From contig JAQTTG010000005.1 in assembly GCA_028710885.1 (NCBI GenBank), positions 1,483 through 65,482 on the forward strand: DNA of 64,000 bases. Reading direction: 5' to 3'. The notes beneath the pieces were generated by a model. The model did no database searches. It was given only the letters and a program-made list of their open reading frames with translations, and was not told where the DNA came from. The position numbers and the translations under genes are program-made. Positions 45,392 through 57,064 of the stretch are shown here, piece by piece (position 1 is the stretch's first letter; each line of letters opens with the position of its first letter). This DNA is from Sulfuricurvum sp. Its GTDB lineage: Bacteria; Campylobacterota; Campylobacteria; Campylobacterales; Sulfurimonadaceae.

Positions 45392-47104
45392 TTAATTTTC
45401 CGTTAGTGTTTGGCTGAGACGTTGGTATTCCTCAGAAGAGTCCAAAAGATTTTGATGTGTCCCTTCTGCGACAATTTCCCCCGCATTAAATACAAATATC
45501 CGGTTTGCATCTTGAACCGTGCTGAGACGATGCGCGATGAGGATAGTAATTTTGTCTTTAGTATAGTTATTGAGTGTATTTTGAATTTTACGTTCTGTTT
45601 CATTGTCAAGTGCACTGGTTGCTTCATCTAAAATCAAAAGAGAGGCATGTTTGTAGATGGCACGTGCTATGGCAATTCGTTGTCGCTGTCCTCCGGAGAG
45701 GTTAGCTCCAAACTCTTGCATCACGGTGTAAATTCCATCAGGTAGAGATTGTGCAAATTCTAATGCATCTGCCATATCCAGAGCTTCTATAACACGCGCT
45801 TCATTGATTGTTGCCCCATACGCTACGTTTGCCGCTAATGTATCTTGAAAAATATAGACTCGTTGGGAGACAAAAGCAATTTGAGAACGGAGTGAATGTT
45901 GTGTATACTCTTTCAGGTCATGTCCGTTAATAGAGACACTTCCGGATATTGGATCATAAAAACGGAGTAGAAGATTGACAAAAGAGCTTTTACCACCTCC
46001 GCTTTGTCCGACTAGAGCGATAGTCTCTCCTGCTTGAATATTTATATTGATATTATTTAATGCTGTTTTTTTGTCAAATTTGAGTGTTACATGATCAAAT
46101 TGGATATGTTTAACAGGATCATTTAATTGAACTTGACCATCTGTGATTGTATTATCCATATCAAATATCTGAAATACCCGCTCGCTTGCCGCTTGGGCAT
46201 CTTGTACTCTTCCTAAGATATTACTCATCCCTTTGAGCGGTTGAAATACTAGACCCAATGCAGTTAAAAATGCGGTGAATTCTCCAACACTCATGGTTCC
46301 GGCGTAAACCTGCTTACCCCCTATGTAGATAACCGTTGCTAGTCCGATTGCTGCAATAATTTCTATCATCGGAGAAATTAATTCACTGGTATAGGTTGAT
46401 TTCATATTGATTTTGAAAAAATGGACGTTTTCATTTTGAAAACGTTCCAATTCGTATTGCTCGGTTGCATTGGATTTAATGATTTCGGAATTGTTGAAAA
46501 CTTCAGTTAAGCGGGTAACCATGTCGGCATTTTTTTCTTGTGAACGGTGAGCGAGCCGCTTAAGTCGTTTGGTAATTTGTAACAAAGGGATGATAACAGC
46601 CGGCATAACAATCAATGCCCAAAAAGCAAGAGTAGGATTGAGATAGATAACATAACCGATGAGGGTAATAACTGTGAGGCTCTCACGAACTAATTCAGGC
46701 ATCATAGAGGAGACAAAGTATTGAATTCTATTGATGTCGTTGGTGATACGTGAGATAAGCTCTCCACTACGGTTGGTATAGAGAAATTGCATATCCAAAT
46801 GGATCATTTTAGAGAGCAATTCTTCTCTAATTTCTGAAACGATATGGAGACCGATATACGTATTGAAAACCGATTGAATGTATCGTCCAATTGCTTTGAA
46901 TACATAAATTCCAACCAAAAGGATAGGGATGATATATAACATCCGAGCTTCTTTTTTGATAAACATATTATCCATCAATGGTTTCATGATGTGTGCAGTT
47001 GCCGCAGTTGCACTGACGGTCAAAATTATCCCGATCAAGACCATTAAAAACTGGAATTTATACTTTCGGATATAAGGCCAGAAGCGTTTATAACTTTCTC
47101 TCAT
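45392..47104 (-). CDS. msbA: MsbA-like lipid A ABC exporter
   Basis: TM domain plus GQSGGGKS, LSGGQRQ and LDEATS; conserved position. Confidence 0.88.
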   Translation of the reverse strand: MRESYKRFWPYIRKYKFQFLMVLIGIILTVSATAATAHIMKPLMDNMFIKKEARMLYIIPILLVGIYVFKAIGRYIQSVFNTYIGLHIVSEIREELLSKMIHLDMQFLYTNRSGELISRITNDINRIQYFVSSMMPELVRESLTVITLIGYVIYLNPTLAFWALIVMPAVIIPLLQITKRLKRLAHRSQEKNADMVTRLTEVFNNSEIIKSNATEQYELERFQNENVHFFKINMKSTYTSELISPMIEIIAAIGLATVIYIGGKQVYAGTMSVGEFTAFLTALGLVFQPLKGMSNILGRVQDAQAASERVFQIFDMDNTITDGQVQLNDPVKHIQFDHVTLKFDKKTALNNININIQAGETIALVGQSGGGKSSFVNLLLRFYDPISGSVSINGHDLKEYTQHSLRSQIAFVSQRVYIFQDTLAANVAYGATINEARVIEALDMADALEFAQSLPDGIYTVMQEFGANLSGGQRQRIAIARAIYKHASLLILDEATSALDNETERKIQNTLNNYTKDKITILIAHRLSTVQDANRIFVFNAGEIVAEGTHQNLLDSSEEYQRLSQTLTEN

Positions 47105-48498
47105 TCACGCATCTCCCAAAAGGTTCCATTCACCGTATCCATAATAGAAATTCCCATCGTTGTTAGTTCGTCTCTTATTGCATCGGAAGCGGCAAAATTT
47201 TTCGCTTTTTTGGCTTCAGTTCGTTGTATGATTAAATCGTCAATTTTGGCTTTCGTCGTCTCATCCAAACCGAATTGGAAATACTCGAACGGATTTTTTC
47301 TTCCGAAACCGAAGAGAGTCTCAATCGTTGTCAATGCGGATAGAAGAATCTGGCGGTAACTTTTATCTTTCGGGTTGGTATCGAGCGCTTCGTTCGCCCC
47401 TGAGATGAGTTCATCGATCAGAGCATAAGCACGTGAGACGTTAAGATCATCCCCCAACGCTTCGAGGAGAGATGCTTTAAACTCGGTATCGACCAATTCG
47501 ACAGTGAGACCGAAAAGCCGTTTTTTGAGGCGGTAAAGACGATCCAAACGCCGTTTAGCAGCAATGAGGTCCTCTTCGTTAAAGTTAAAATCACCTCGGT
47601 AATGGGTGCTGAGAAGGTAAAAACGGAGCACTTCGCCATCATAGGCTTTGAGGGCATCTTTGAGAAAAAAACTGTTCCCTAAGCTTTTGGACATTTTTTC
47701 CCCGTCAATCGTGACGAAACCGTTGTGTATCCAATACTTTGCCAATTCATGATTGGTCGCACAGCGGGTTTGTGCCGCTTCGTTTTCATGGTGAGGGAAG
47801 AGGAGATCGGCACCGCCGCCATGGATATCGATGGCATACGCTCCGCTGTGGGAGCTGACATAACGCTCGATCATTGCTGAGCACTCCAAATGCCATCCAG
47901 GACGTCCTCGACCGAACGGAGAATCAAAGGCAACCCCCTCATCATGAACCGCTTTCCAGAGGGCAAAATCGGCTTCATTTTTTTTCTCGGAGATTTTTTC
48001 GACACGGCTTTGATTTTCAGAGCTTTGGCGATTTGAGAGAGAGAGATAGTTTTTGTCTGTTGCCGTATCAAAATAGATGTCACCGTTACTAATGGTATAC
48101 GCATGTTTTTTGTCGATGAGGTGCTGGATCATCTGCGTCATCGCATCAATCGATTCGGTTGCTTTTGGTTCTAGCGTCGGTTTTTGGACACCTATAGCTT
48201 CCATGTCACGGTGATATGCCGCAGTATAGCGTTCAGCGATCTCCGTGGTGCTAATTCCAAGCTCACGTGCTTTGTTGATAATTTTGTCGTCAATATCGGT
48301 GATGTTACGGGCAAAGAGGACGTCATAACCCTCTGCTTCGAGAACACGGCGGAGAAGGTCAAAAACCAAAGCGCTTTTTGCATGTCCCAAATGGGCATCG
48401 TCATACACGGTAGGGCCGCAAACGTAGAGAGAGACTTTTCCCTCTTCGAGTGGTTCAAATTTGAGTTTGCTCTTTTTAACGCTGTCGTAAATGGTCAT
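47101..48498 (-). CDS. cysS: Cysteine-tRNA ligase
   Basis: CGPTVY..HLGH, GRPGWH.ECS, HGGG.DL.FPHHENE and KMSKS motifs. Confidence 0.98.
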   Translation of the reverse strand: MTIYDSVKKSKLKFEPLEEGKVSLYVCGPTVYDDAHLGHAKSALVFDLLRRVLEAEGYDVLFARNITDIDDKIINKARELGISTTEIAERYTAAYHRDMEAIGVQKPTLEPKATESIDAMTQMIQHLIDKKHAYTISNGDIYFDTATDKNYLSLSNRQSSENQSRVEKISEKKNEADFALWKAVHDEGVAFDSPFGRGRPGWHLECSAMIERYVSSHSGAYAIDIHGGGADLLFPHHENEAAQTRCATNHELAKYWIHNGFVTIDGEKMSKSLGNSFFLKDALKAYDGEVLRFYLLSTHYRGDFNFNEEDLIAAKRRLDRLYRLKKRLFGLTVELVDTEFKASLLEALGDDLNVSRAYALIDELISGANEALDTNPKDKSYRQILLSALTTIETLFGFGRKNPFEYFQFGLDETTKAKIDDLIIQRTEAKKAKNFAASDAIRDELTTMGISIMDTVNGTFWEMRE

Positions 48499-48513
48499 GA
48501 ATTTCCAATCTTT

Positions 48514-49917
48514 TTATCGTATCAAGTGTATCAAAAATTTATTTAAAGTATAAAATACTATCCCTAATCCTGCTGTTCCTAGCAAGAAATAGAGGCTAAA
48601 TTTTGTTTTAAGAAGATCAAAAAAGATATGCCAACCTACCTCTTTGACGGTGAGTATCATTTGTACCGCACCGCCGATACTCCCTGCTAGTGCCAAGCCC
48701 GCCGCTCCGAGAGGTTTCATTAAAATAACTGAACAAATAATATTGATAATCAGAGAAATAGCGGCGATTTTGGCTGCTTTAATGTGCTTGTGCATGGCAT
48801 AAAGGTAGAGAGAAAATAGCTTTGCTAGTCCGAAAGGGATGAGCCCTATCATGTACATCATTAAGACATTGACGGTGTTGTGCGTGTCTTGGATACTAAA
48901 AGCTCCCCGCTCAAATAAAAGCCAAACGATCGGCTCGGCTAAAAGAACTCCCCCCAATACGGAGATACCCAAAAGGGCACTGAGGAGCCAGAATGATTTG
49001 TAGAGATTTTGGTAAGCGAGGGTATGGTTTTCATTTTTGATTGCTTTGGCGATACTGGGGAAGAGTGCGGTTGTAATCGCCAGTGCGATAATGGCAAACG
49101 GGAGTTGAAAAATTCGGTTCGCGTAAAACAGATACGATACGGAACCCGCCGCCAAAAATGAGGCGAGAGAAGTATCGATGAATGAGGCGATTTGAGCGGT
49201 TGAATTACCCAGTACTGAAGGGAAGAAGAGGGCGCTGAATTTGGACTCTTCTGCTTTGACATCTTTGGATTTTCGATATTTCCACCCGCCGACGAGTAAC
49301 TTCATAAGCCCTTTTTTCCGTATCGTGTATAAGTGGGTAATAACTTGTAATATCCCTCCGACCAAGATCGAAAAACTTAAAGTATAAACAATCGTTTTTG
49401 GATCACTTTTGGCAAAGAGTAACAGAGCAACTATCATAGCAATATTGAGCCAGACTGTAGAAAAAGCGGTGGTAAAAAAGTGCTCTTTGTGTTGAAGAAG
49501 TGATCCTAAAAATGTGACGATAAAGATGAGATCTAAATACCAAAAATTGATGGTAGTTAGGGGGGCTGTTTTTGAGATTAAATCTGCATCCCAATCCCAT
49601 GCTAACATTTTTGTAAAAAACTCAGGGAAAAGGGTTACTACAAAAGAAAATAGAACGATAAAAATCATAAAACGGATAAATATAGCAACGGCAAATACAC
49701 TTTTTTGTTTAGAAGCAATGTATGAGGGCATGAAGCTTTGAGTGAAGGATCCCTCTGCAAAAATTCGTCGAAAAAGATTTGGAAATTTAAATGCCATAAA
49801 AAAGATATCACTCCACATATTAGCACCTAAAACAGATGTCATTAAAATATCTCTGGCAAGTCCGCTCACACGGGAAATTAAGATGCCAAAAGAGTTGGAG
49901 AATATCGATTTAAACAT
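48514..49917 (-). CDS. murJ: Lipid II flippase
   Basis: SR..GL.RD and PNLFRRIFAEG motifs. Confidence 0.95.
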   Translation of the reverse strand: MFKSIFSNSFGILISRVSGLARDILMTSVLGANMWSDIFFMAFKFPNLFRRIFAEGSFTQSFMPSYIASKQKSVFAVAIFIRFMIFIVLFSFVVTLFPEFFTKMLAWDWDADLISKTAPLTTINFWYLDLIFIVTFLGSLLQHKEHFFTTAFSTVWLNIAMIVALLLFAKSDPKTIVYTLSFSILVGGILQVITHLYTIRKKGLMKLLVGGWKYRKSKDVKAEESKFSALFFPSVLGNSTAQIASFIDTSLASFLAAGSVSYLFYANRIFQLPFAIIALAITTALFPSIAKAIKNENHTLAYQNLYKSFWLLSALLGISVLGGVLLAEPIVWLLFERGAFSIQDTHNTVNVLMMYMIGLIPFGLAKLFSLYLYAMHKHIKAAKIAAISLIINIICSVILMKPLGAAGLALAGSIGGAVQMILTVKEVGWHIFFDLLKTKFSLYFLLGTAGLGIVFYTLNKFLIHLIR

Positions 49918-49937
49918 ACGGAATATAAGCCCAAAAA

Positions 49938-49964
49938 TAAATTTTACGAAATTTTAACCGATAA
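49938..49964 (+). promoter_or_regulatory. Putative sigma28 (FliA) promoter
   Basis: TAAA-N15-ACCGATAA upstream of the FapA-family gene. Confidence 0.5.
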
Positions 49965-50001
49965 GTGATTAAAATAGGGTCACTGATGCAAAGGATCAAT
50001 A

Positions 50002-51909
50002 ATGGGACTGTTTACCAACCAGGGCAAACATGAAGAGACAATACCACAAATTAAACCGATCGTTGTACGTACTTCAAATGTCGCTAAAGAACTATTGCAG
50101 GTATCTTCCAATCATCAAATCCATGTCAATTCTCTCGATTTTAATCTTTTGGATATTCAGACTTTAAGCAGAACATTACTGGAAGGTTCAGGAACACAAG
50201 AAGACTGGAAAGAACTTTCTGAAGAAGATATAAGAAAGCTGGGGGAAGATTCGTATCTGAACCAAAAATTTGAGCTTAAACAAGTATATGAGATTGAAAT
50301 ATATGCAAAATCTGAAGCGACTATGCTTGATTTGATTGATATGTCTATCGGTGGAAACTCAACGCTTTGCAAAATATATTTGACGATTAAAGCAGGTAGT
50401 GAAGCCACATATTATGAGACATTTAAAGAAGATTTTTTAAAGTTAATCGATCGAAAAAAGCTTCGGGCGAATATGATGATCGGATTGTTTGATTCGATGC
50501 TTCAACAAAACCTTGCAGATCTTTTAGCAAAAATTAAAATTGAAGGCTCTTATCGGTTTGAAGTTCAAGAACGTTATGTGATTGGGGTTGGATATGAGCC
50601 TGTAGCTACAGTCAATGATAAATTAGTTCTCCATTATGAAACAAAACGCAAAAATTTAGACGAACACGGACGGATCAATTATGCCAAACGAGGGTATATT
50701 ATGAGTGCCGTAGCGAACGAATTGTTAATGGAATACATTAAGCCACAAATGGGAGAACATGGTCGTAACTGCCGTGGGGAGTATCTAGTTCCAAAAGCAC
50801 CAATCGTAAAAAATGAACCGACATTTACCGTCGGTGAAAAAATTGCTGTAATTGATACACCGACTAGCATTGAATACAGAGCTAAAGCAAGTGGATATGT
50901 CACATTGGAAGGTGGGATGTATGATATTAAAACAGAAGTAGATGTCAGTGAAATCAGTTTTAGAACGACAGGATCCATTGAAACTCAGTTGGATGCAGAT
51001 GTCTTGATCAATGTTACGGAAAAAGATGTTCTTAAAGATGCTATCGGGATGGGGATGGATGTTACGGTAAATGTGATTAATATTGAAGGTAATATTGGTC
51101 CAAATGCCAAAGTAACAGCACACAAAGCCACCATAGAGGGACAAGTGCATCAAAGTGCCATTATAACTGCAGATGAATTGACGATTAATATTCATAAAGG
51201 TACTGCCCATGGAAAAGAGGTCAATATTACACGTTTGGAACATGGTATTGTTGAAGCAGAAACGGTTAAGATTACACAGGCTACCGGGGGAAAAATACGG
51301 GCAAAAGATATCTCGATTGAAATTTTAGGATCTCATGTTCAACTGACAGCTTCTCATAAAATTGAGATCAAATCTCTTCAAGGGGGAGAAAATTTATTTA
51401 TTATTGATCCACTGTTGAATGAATCGATGGATGTTATTACTGAACAAATGAAAAAAATTGAAGAGGTAACCCAATCTCTTAAAGAGATCAATAGAGAACT
51501 CACTGGGTACGAAATGACCTGGAAAGAAAATGTTCCAGTGATGGAAGAGCTTAAAAATAAACTTATCCATTACAAACAAAATGGTGTAAAAGCACCGACA
51601 GCATTTGTTCAAAAATATCAGCAGCTTTTACAGTTCAAACAAAAATTAGATGCATTACGTGATGAAATGAAGCAAAAAGAAGATATGTATAAATTGCTTA
51701 GCTCAAAGCATACCGCATTGCAAAATGAAATTTTTGAAGCGCGAATCATTAATCATGATCGTTGGAGAAATCATAATGAAATTATTTTTAAATTGATTGA
51801 TCCTCCGATTGATGTGATGTATGTCCCCTCGCATAATAGTGATGAAAAAATATTGGGATTGCACAAAGATGAATTTGGAGAATACTCTATTAGGAAATTA
51901 GAAGAATGA
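50002..51909 (+). CDS. FapA/DUF342 family protein
   Basis: [12 protein letters not shown] and beta-helix-like repeats; conserved position between murJ and ruvA. Confidence 0.8.
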   Translation: MGLFTNQGKHEETIPQIKPIVVRTSNVAKELLQVSSNHQIHVNSLDFNLLDIQTLSRTLLEGSGTQEDWKELSEEDIRKLGEDSYLNQKFELKQVYEIEIYAKSEATMLDLIDMSIGGNSTLCKIYLTIKAGSEATYYETFKEDFLKLIDRKKLRANMMIGLFDSMLQQNLADLLAKIKIEGSYRFEVQERYVIGVGYEPVATVNDKLVLHYETKRKNLDEHGRINYAKRGYIMSAVANELLMEYIKPQMGEHGRNCRGEYLVPKAPIVKNEPTFTVGEKIAVIDTPTSIEYRAKASGYVTLEGGMYDIKTEVDVSEISFRTTGSIETQLDADVLINVTEKDVLKDAIGMGMDVTVNVINIEGNIGPNAKVTAHKATIEGQVHQSAIITADELTINIHKGTAHGKEVNITRLEHGIVEAETVKITQATGGKIRAKDISIEILGSHVQLTASHKIEIKSLQGGENLFIIDPLLNESMDVITEQMKKIEEVTQSLKEINRELTGYEMTWKENVPVMEELKNKLIHYKQNGVKAPTAFVQKYQQLLQFKQKLDALRDEMKQKEDMYKLLSSKHTALQNEIFEARIINHDRWRNHNEIIFKLIDPPIDVMYVPSHNSDEKILGLHKDEFGEYSIRKLEE

Positions 51910-52469
51910 TAGTAGGTTTGGAAGGTGTTATCGAGCACAAGGAGCCTACATTATTGCATCTAAATGTAGGTGGGGTTATTTACGAAGTTTTTATATCACT
52001 GCATACGTACAGTTTGCTTGCATCAGAGAGGGTGAAAGTTCATACGGCACATATTATTCGTGAAGATGCACAGCAGCTCTATGGATTTGCTCAAAAAAAT
52101 GAGAAAATTCTCTTTGAAGGGATGCTTAAAATCAACGGAATCGGGCCAAAAGCAGCCCTTGCAATTTGTTCAACCTTTACGCCGGAGCAGTTTGCGGGTA
52201 TTATTTCATCTAAAGATATCAATGCTCTTAAAAAAGTTCCGGGGATTGGACCTAAAAGCGCAGGGCGAATTATGGTTGAATTGGCTGGATTTGATGCGGT
52301 ACTTTTAAACTCTGGAATAACGGTTAATACGGTCACTACTGAAGCTTCAATGGCGCTTGAATCATTAGGGTTTAAAAAAGATCAAATAGCGAAAGCATTG
52401 AGCATGTCGACGGCAAGTGATACGTCAACATTGGTTAAAGAAGCATTAAAGCAACTACAAAAACTTTAA
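51906..52469 (+). CDS. ruvA: Holliday junction branch migration protein
   Basis: IREDA..LYGF, INGIGPK and [11 protein letters not shown] motifs. Confidence 0.96.
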   Translation: MIVGLEGVIEHKEPTLLHLNVGGVIYEVFISLHTYSLLASERVKVHTAHIIREDAQQLYGFAQKNEKILFEGMLKINGIGPKAALAICSTFTPEQFAGIISSKDINALKKVPGIGPKSAGRIMVELAGFDAVLLNSGITVNTVTTEASMALESLGFKKDQIAKALSMSTASDTSTLVKEALKQLQKL

Positions 52470-52484
52470 AACAAGGAAATTAAA

Positions 52485-53522
52485 TTGAAATTAGCCATTT
52501 TATTTGGTGGAGCGAGTTATGAACATGAGATCAGTATTGTTAGTGCGATCACTGTAAAAGAGAAACTTAGCCGATTTGAACTTAGTTTCATTTTTTGTGA
52601 TCAAGATCATAAATTTTATCTTATTGATGCCGCAAAAATGAAAGCGATTACTTTTTCACGCGGTGAGCATCGTAAGATGCCTCAAATCTTTTTGACCAAC
52701 GGCGGATTTGAACAGCGTGGGATGTTTGGAAGCAAAAAATACGATATGCCCCTCCTTAATCTGATTCACGGTGGAGATGGTGAAGATGGAACCATTGCAT
52801 CATTACTTGATTTTTTTCATATCCCGTTTATTGGTCCTCGTAAAGAGGCGTCGATGCTCAGTTTTGATAAACACTATACCAAATGGCTTGCTGCATCTTT
52901 GGGGGTTAAGACACTTCCGTATGAGATTCTTCGCAAAGAAGATAAGCGTGTGATTACAACTAGCTATCCATTTATTGTTAAACCGGCTCGTTTGGGAAGC
53001 TCTATAGGAGTGAGTATCGTCCGTGAAGCTTCAGAACTCGATTATGCGTTGGACGTCGCATTTGAATTTGATAATGTTCTTTTGATCGAGCCGTTTATAT
53101 CGGGGGTTAAAGAGTATAACTTGGCCGGTTTCAGTGCACGCGGTGAAATCACTTACTCGATTGTTGAAGAGCCTCAAAAAGCTGATTTTCTCGATTTTGA
53201 GAAAAAATATCTCGATTTTTCTCGTTCAGGAAATGTTGCAGAAGCCGCTGTGAGTGATTCCTTAGTTCAGCAATTACGTGATGCATTTAAAACAATCTAT
53301 TCTCCTTTATTTGAGGGGGCATTGATACGCTGTGATTTCTTTGAGATTGAAGGAGAAGTCTATTTGAATGAAGTGAACCCGATCCCAGGGTCAATGGCAA
53401 ATTATTTGTTTGAAGATTTCAGTGGATCAATTCAAAAGCTCCTGGGATCATTGCCGGATAAAAAAGAGATTCGGGTTAATTATGACTATATCCACTCAAT
53501 TTCCCAAGCCAAAGGGAAATAA
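52485..53522 (+). CDS. ddl: D-alanine-D-alanine ligase
   Basis: GG.SYEHEIS, HG..GEDG, GSSIGVS and NEVNPIPG motifs. Confidence 0.95.
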   Translation: MKLAILFGGASYEHEISIVSAITVKEKLSRFELSFIFCDQDHKFYLIDAAKMKAITFSRGEHRKMPQIFLTNGGFEQRGMFGSKKYDMPLLNLIHGGDGEDGTIASLLDFFHIPFIGPRKEASMLSFDKHYTKWLAASLGVKTLPYEILRKEDKRVITTSYPFIVKPARLGSSIGVSIVREASELDYALDVAFEFDNVLLIEPFISGVKEYNLAGFSARGEITYSIVEEPQKADFLDFEKKYLDFSRSGNVAEAAVSDSLVQQLRDAFKTIYSPLFEGALIRCDFFEIEGEVYLNEVNPIPGSMANYLFEDFSGSIQKLLGSLPDKKEIRVNYDYIHSISQAKGK

Positions 53523-53524
53523 GC

Positions 53525-54259
53525 GTGGCAGTTAAAACGGTTCAATACAAACAGCACACCTTTTCGATCAGTTACGAGATTCTTAATCCGAGCGCCCATT
53601 ACGATATCGTTTTTTTACATGGCTGGGGCTCACATAAAAATCTGATGAAACACGCTTTTGCTACTCAATTAAAGCAATTTCGTCATATTTATATCGATAT
53701 GCCTGGGTTTGGAAATAGTACATGCAATATGAAATTGACGACTGAGGATTATGCGACGATTTTAGAATCTTTTTTATCGATGATTGAAGCTGATAAAACA
53801 ATTATTCTAGGGCATTCATTTGGTGGTAAAGTAGCAACACTTCTTAACCCGGATATTTTAGTTTTGGTAGGTTCAGCAGGTATTTTAGTCCCTAAACCGT
53901 TGAAAATACGAGCTAAAATTGCCCTTTTTAAAGTGCTTAAATTGACAGGGTTGACACAGCTTCGCCGTTTTTTCGTTGCGCCGGATGCACAAGGATTAAG
54001 CCAGCCGATGTATGAGACGTTTAAAAATGTCGTTAACGAAGATTTCAGTGAGAAATTTAGGGCTTTCAAGGGTAAAGCTCTCTTATGTTTTGGAGCGCAA
54101 GACACGGCAACACCGCTATGGACAGCTTATAAAATTGCGGAGCTGATTCCTGAATCGAAAGTGGTTGAATTTGACGGTGATCACTATTTCTTTTTGGAGC
54201 AGGGTGCTACGGTAGCCAAAGAGATTGAAAAAGCAGTTTTAAAAAACTTGGAGCATTAA
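53525..54259 (+). CDS. Alpha/beta hydrolase
   Basis: LHGWG and GHSFGG nucleophile elbow. Confidence 0.9.
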   Translation: MAVKTVQYKQHTFSISYEILNPSAHYDIVFLHGWGSHKNLMKHAFATQLKQFRHIYIDMPGFGNSTCNMKLTTEDYATILESFLSMIEADKTIILGHSFGGKVATLLNPDILVLVGSAGILVPKPLKIRAKIALFKVLKLTGLTQLRRFFVAPDAQGLSQPMYETFKNVVNEDFSEKFRAFKGKALLCFGAQDTATPLWTAYKIAELIPESKVVEFDGDHYFFLEQGATVAKEIEKAVLKNLEH

Positions 54260-54268
54260 GGAAAGAGT

Positions 54269-55711
54269 ATGGACTACACGCAGATTTTTGTATTTTTGAC
54301 CAATATTTTATTTGTGATGACGTTGGGGTGGTATTTGATTACCAATCTGCAATGGTATGACTATCGAATCGAGCGGGTGGTATTACGTCATCATAAAACG
54401 TGGTGGCATCTTGTCTATTTTATCCTCCCATTTTTTGTATATTATGCAATTCCTGAGTATTTTTGGATCTATTTTTACGCAGCGCTTCTTCCATCTGTGA
54501 TTTTATGGCACCGTAAACTCGACAAAAAAGTGATTTTGACGTGGCGGGTAAAACGGTTTTTAATCCTATTATTTTCTATAACCCTTGTATTAGATATCCT
54601 TTTTACGCTTAAGGGGATAGCTCATACGTACAGTGTGTTCTTTCCGATTCTTTTGACCTATATGGCTTCATGGGGAACTGAAAAGTTTTTATTTTTGGCC
54701 TATAAGCGTGAAGCGTCGCGTAAAGTTGCTTCCATGAGCGATTTGACGATTATTTGTGTGACCGGAAGTTACGGTAAAACGTCGATGAAAAACTTTATTG
54801 CACAGGTATTAGGTCAAAAATTTAACGTTTATGCAACGCCGCGCAGTGTTAATACCCTCGGTGGTATTATTCGAGACGTTAATGAATCTCTACCCTCAAA
54901 TACACAGGTCTATATCTGTGAAGCGGGAGCACGTGAAGTAGGGGATATTTATGCTATTACACAGCTTCTTCATCCTCAAATCGTTGTTGTCGGCAAGGTG
55001 GGGCCTCAGCATCTAGAGTATTTTAAAACGTTGGAACGGATACAGCGTACTAAACTTGAAATTATCCAATCTAATCGTCTTAAACGAGCGTTTATTCACA
55101 CATCGGTGACGGATGAAACACATGAAAAAGTGACATTCTTCGGAGACGGTATCCATAATCTGAATGCAACGTTAGAGGGAATCGATTTTGAGATAATGAT
55201 GAATGATACGATGGAACATTTTCATACCTCTGTTTTGGGTGGATTTCAGACGATCAATATCAATGCAGCGATTTTGATCGCGCAGGAGATGGGGATGAGT
55301 ACGGAAGAAATACTCAAAGCGGTCGAAAAACTCAAAAGTGTTGAACACCGATTGGAACGGATCGATGCAGGGGGTAAAATTATCCTCGATGATGGTTACA
55401 ACGGTAACATCGATGGGATGTTGGAGGGGGTGCGTTTATGCTCATTGCATACTGGACGTAAAGTCATCGTAACTCCTGGATTAGTTGAGAGTACCGAAGA
55501 GCTTAACTCCGAATTGATTGATGCTATTAATAAAGTATTTGATATTGCCATCGTTACGGGATCATTAAATGCAGTGCAATTTGATAAAGAGTTAAAAGTG
55601 CCTCAAAAAATAATGTTGGCAGATAAATCGCAAATGGTTAAAACACTCGGCGAAGTAACCCGAGCGGGTGATATTATCCTATTTGCGAATGACGCACCGA
55701 ATTTTATCTGA
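54269..55711 (+). CDS. murF: Mur ligase (MurF-like) with N-terminal TM region
   Basis: TGSYGKTS, EAGARE and DDGYNGN motifs; conserved position. Confidence 0.85.
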   Translation: MDYTQIFVFLTNILFVMTLGWYLITNLQWYDYRIERVVLRHHKTWWHLVYFILPFFVYYAIPEYFWIYFYAALLPSVILWHRKLDKKVILTWRVKRFLILLFSITLVLDILFTLKGIAHTYSVFFPILLTYMASWGTEKFLFLAYKREASRKVASMSDLTIICVTGSYGKTSMKNFIAQVLGQKFNVYATPRSVNTLGGIIRDVNESLPSNTQVYICEAGAREVGDIYAITQLLHPQIVVVGKVGPQHLEYFKTLERIQRTKLEIIQSNRLKRAFIHTSVTDETHEKVTFFGDGIHNLNATLEGIDFEIMMNDTMEHFHTSVLGGFQTININAAILIAQEMGMSTEEILKAVEKLKSVEHRLERIDAGGKIILDDGYNGNIDGMLEGVRLCSLHTGRKVIVTPGLVESTEELNSELIDAINKVFDIAIVTGSLNAVQFDKELKVPQKIMLADKSQMVKTLGEVTRAGDIILFANDAPNFI

Positions 55712-56202
55712 TGAAAGATATTTTATATGCCCCTTGGCGCAATGAATATGTAACGGGTGAGAAGATCGAGGGGTGTGTCTTTTGTCACATCAGTACCCAT
55801 GCATCTGATGATGAGACACTCCATGTTCTTTATCGCGATGAGTTCTGTTTTATCGTTATGAATCGCTACCCCTATACACCGGGTCATTTTATGATTATCC
55901 CTCACAAGCATACCGATGCTCTTGAAGCGCTTGATCCACAGGTGTGGCTCCATATGAGCGCATTGGCACAAAAGGGTGTGCGGATGCTCAAAGAGAGTTT
56001 TGGAGCTCATGGTGTTAATATTGGGATGAATTTAGGAAAAGCTGGTGGTGCTGGAATAGCAGAACATATTCATCTGCATTTGGTTCCGAGATGGCAAAGT
56101 GATACTAATTTTATTACGTCGATTGCTCAAACACGTGTTTATTCGACAGATTTTGAAAAAATATATATACGATTGAAAGAAGAAACTGGAAATTATTTTT
56201 GA
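55711..56202 (+). CDS. HIT family hydrolase
   Basis: APWR, NRYPY..GH and HIHLH motifs. Confidence 0.93.
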   Translation: MKDILYAPWRNEYVTGEKIEGCVFCHISTHASDDETLHVLYRDEFCFIVMNRYPYTPGHFMIIPHKHTDALEALDPQVWLHMSALAQKGVRMLKESFGAHGVNIGMNLGKAGGAGIAEHIHLHLVPRWQSDTNFITSIAQTRVYSTDFEKIYIRLKEETGNYF

Positions 56203-56232
56203 GATCTCCCATATAGGGAGAAGAAGAGAATA

Positions 56233-56877
56233 TCAGCGGATTTCGATTTCAATACGGCGGTTTTGGGCACGTCCTGCATCGGTAGCATTAGTAGCGATTG
56301 GTTGGTGAGAACCTTGACCGGATGTTTTGATACGATTGATATCAATACCTTTCGCGATTAATTTATCTGCTAACGCTTTTGCTCGGGCTTCTGAACGAGG
56401 TTGATTGCGTTCATCGTTACCTATGTTATCCGTATGACCAATAATAGTGATAATACATGCAGGATTATTGCTCATAAATTGGACTAGTTCAGATATATCA
56501 TTGTCCGATGAAGCTGGAATTTCATTAGAAGCAAAAGCAAAGTTCATATGCAATGTCACACTCTGAGGGCAGCCATTGCTGTCGACTTGATATCCTTTTG
56601 GAGTATCTGGGCATTTGTCTTTTGAATCCAATACCCCATCTCCATCTGAATCCTTTTCTGTCACTGGAATAGGTGCTGCAGCTATTGGTGTAGAGGCTTT
56701 TTTCTCTACACAACAAGCAGGATGCTCAGGTGCGAATTTTTCAGCCTTTACTGACATTGACTGATTGGTCGTTCCATCAAAGTAGGTTACATCTGAATTG
56801 GCTGCAGATAATTGTATTCCTAATAGCATTGCTATATAGATGATTTTTGTACGATACATTGAAAATGTTAAGTTCAT
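56233..56877 (-). CDS. OmpA-family protein with TSP3-like Ca-binding repeat
   Basis: DSDGDGV.DSKDKCP.TP.G..VD.NGCP; GHTD..G and NRRIE. Confidence 0.92.
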   Translation of the reverse strand: MNLTFSMYRTKIIYIAMLLGIQLSAANSDVTYFDGTTNQSMSVKAEKFAPEHPACCVEKKASTPIAAAPIPVTEKDSDGDGVLDSKDKCPDTPKGYQVDSNGCPQSVTLHMNFAFASNEIPASSDNDISELVQFMSNNPACIITIIGHTDNIGNDERNQPRSEARAKALADKLIAKGIDINRIKTSGQGSHQPIATNATDAGRAQNRRIEIEIR

Positions 56878-57064
56878 AGGTGCTTTTTCCTTCTTTTATT
56901 TTGTAATGGTATATTCTAACATACAATTGTCATTCAAATGTGTAAAAAAGCTTTTATAAAAGTTTATATTTGTATAAAAAATATTGATTTTTTATTGTAC
57001 GATTTGTATGCGATATAGGTAAGATAGAATTGATAGTTAAGTTTTCATATGCGGAGATAGATGA

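Noticed and set aside
21580-48960. Phase-variable poly-G/C tracts
   Set aside because: The longest G/C runs I noticed are 6 nt and all sit in intact frames; this is below the usual Campylobacterota contingency length
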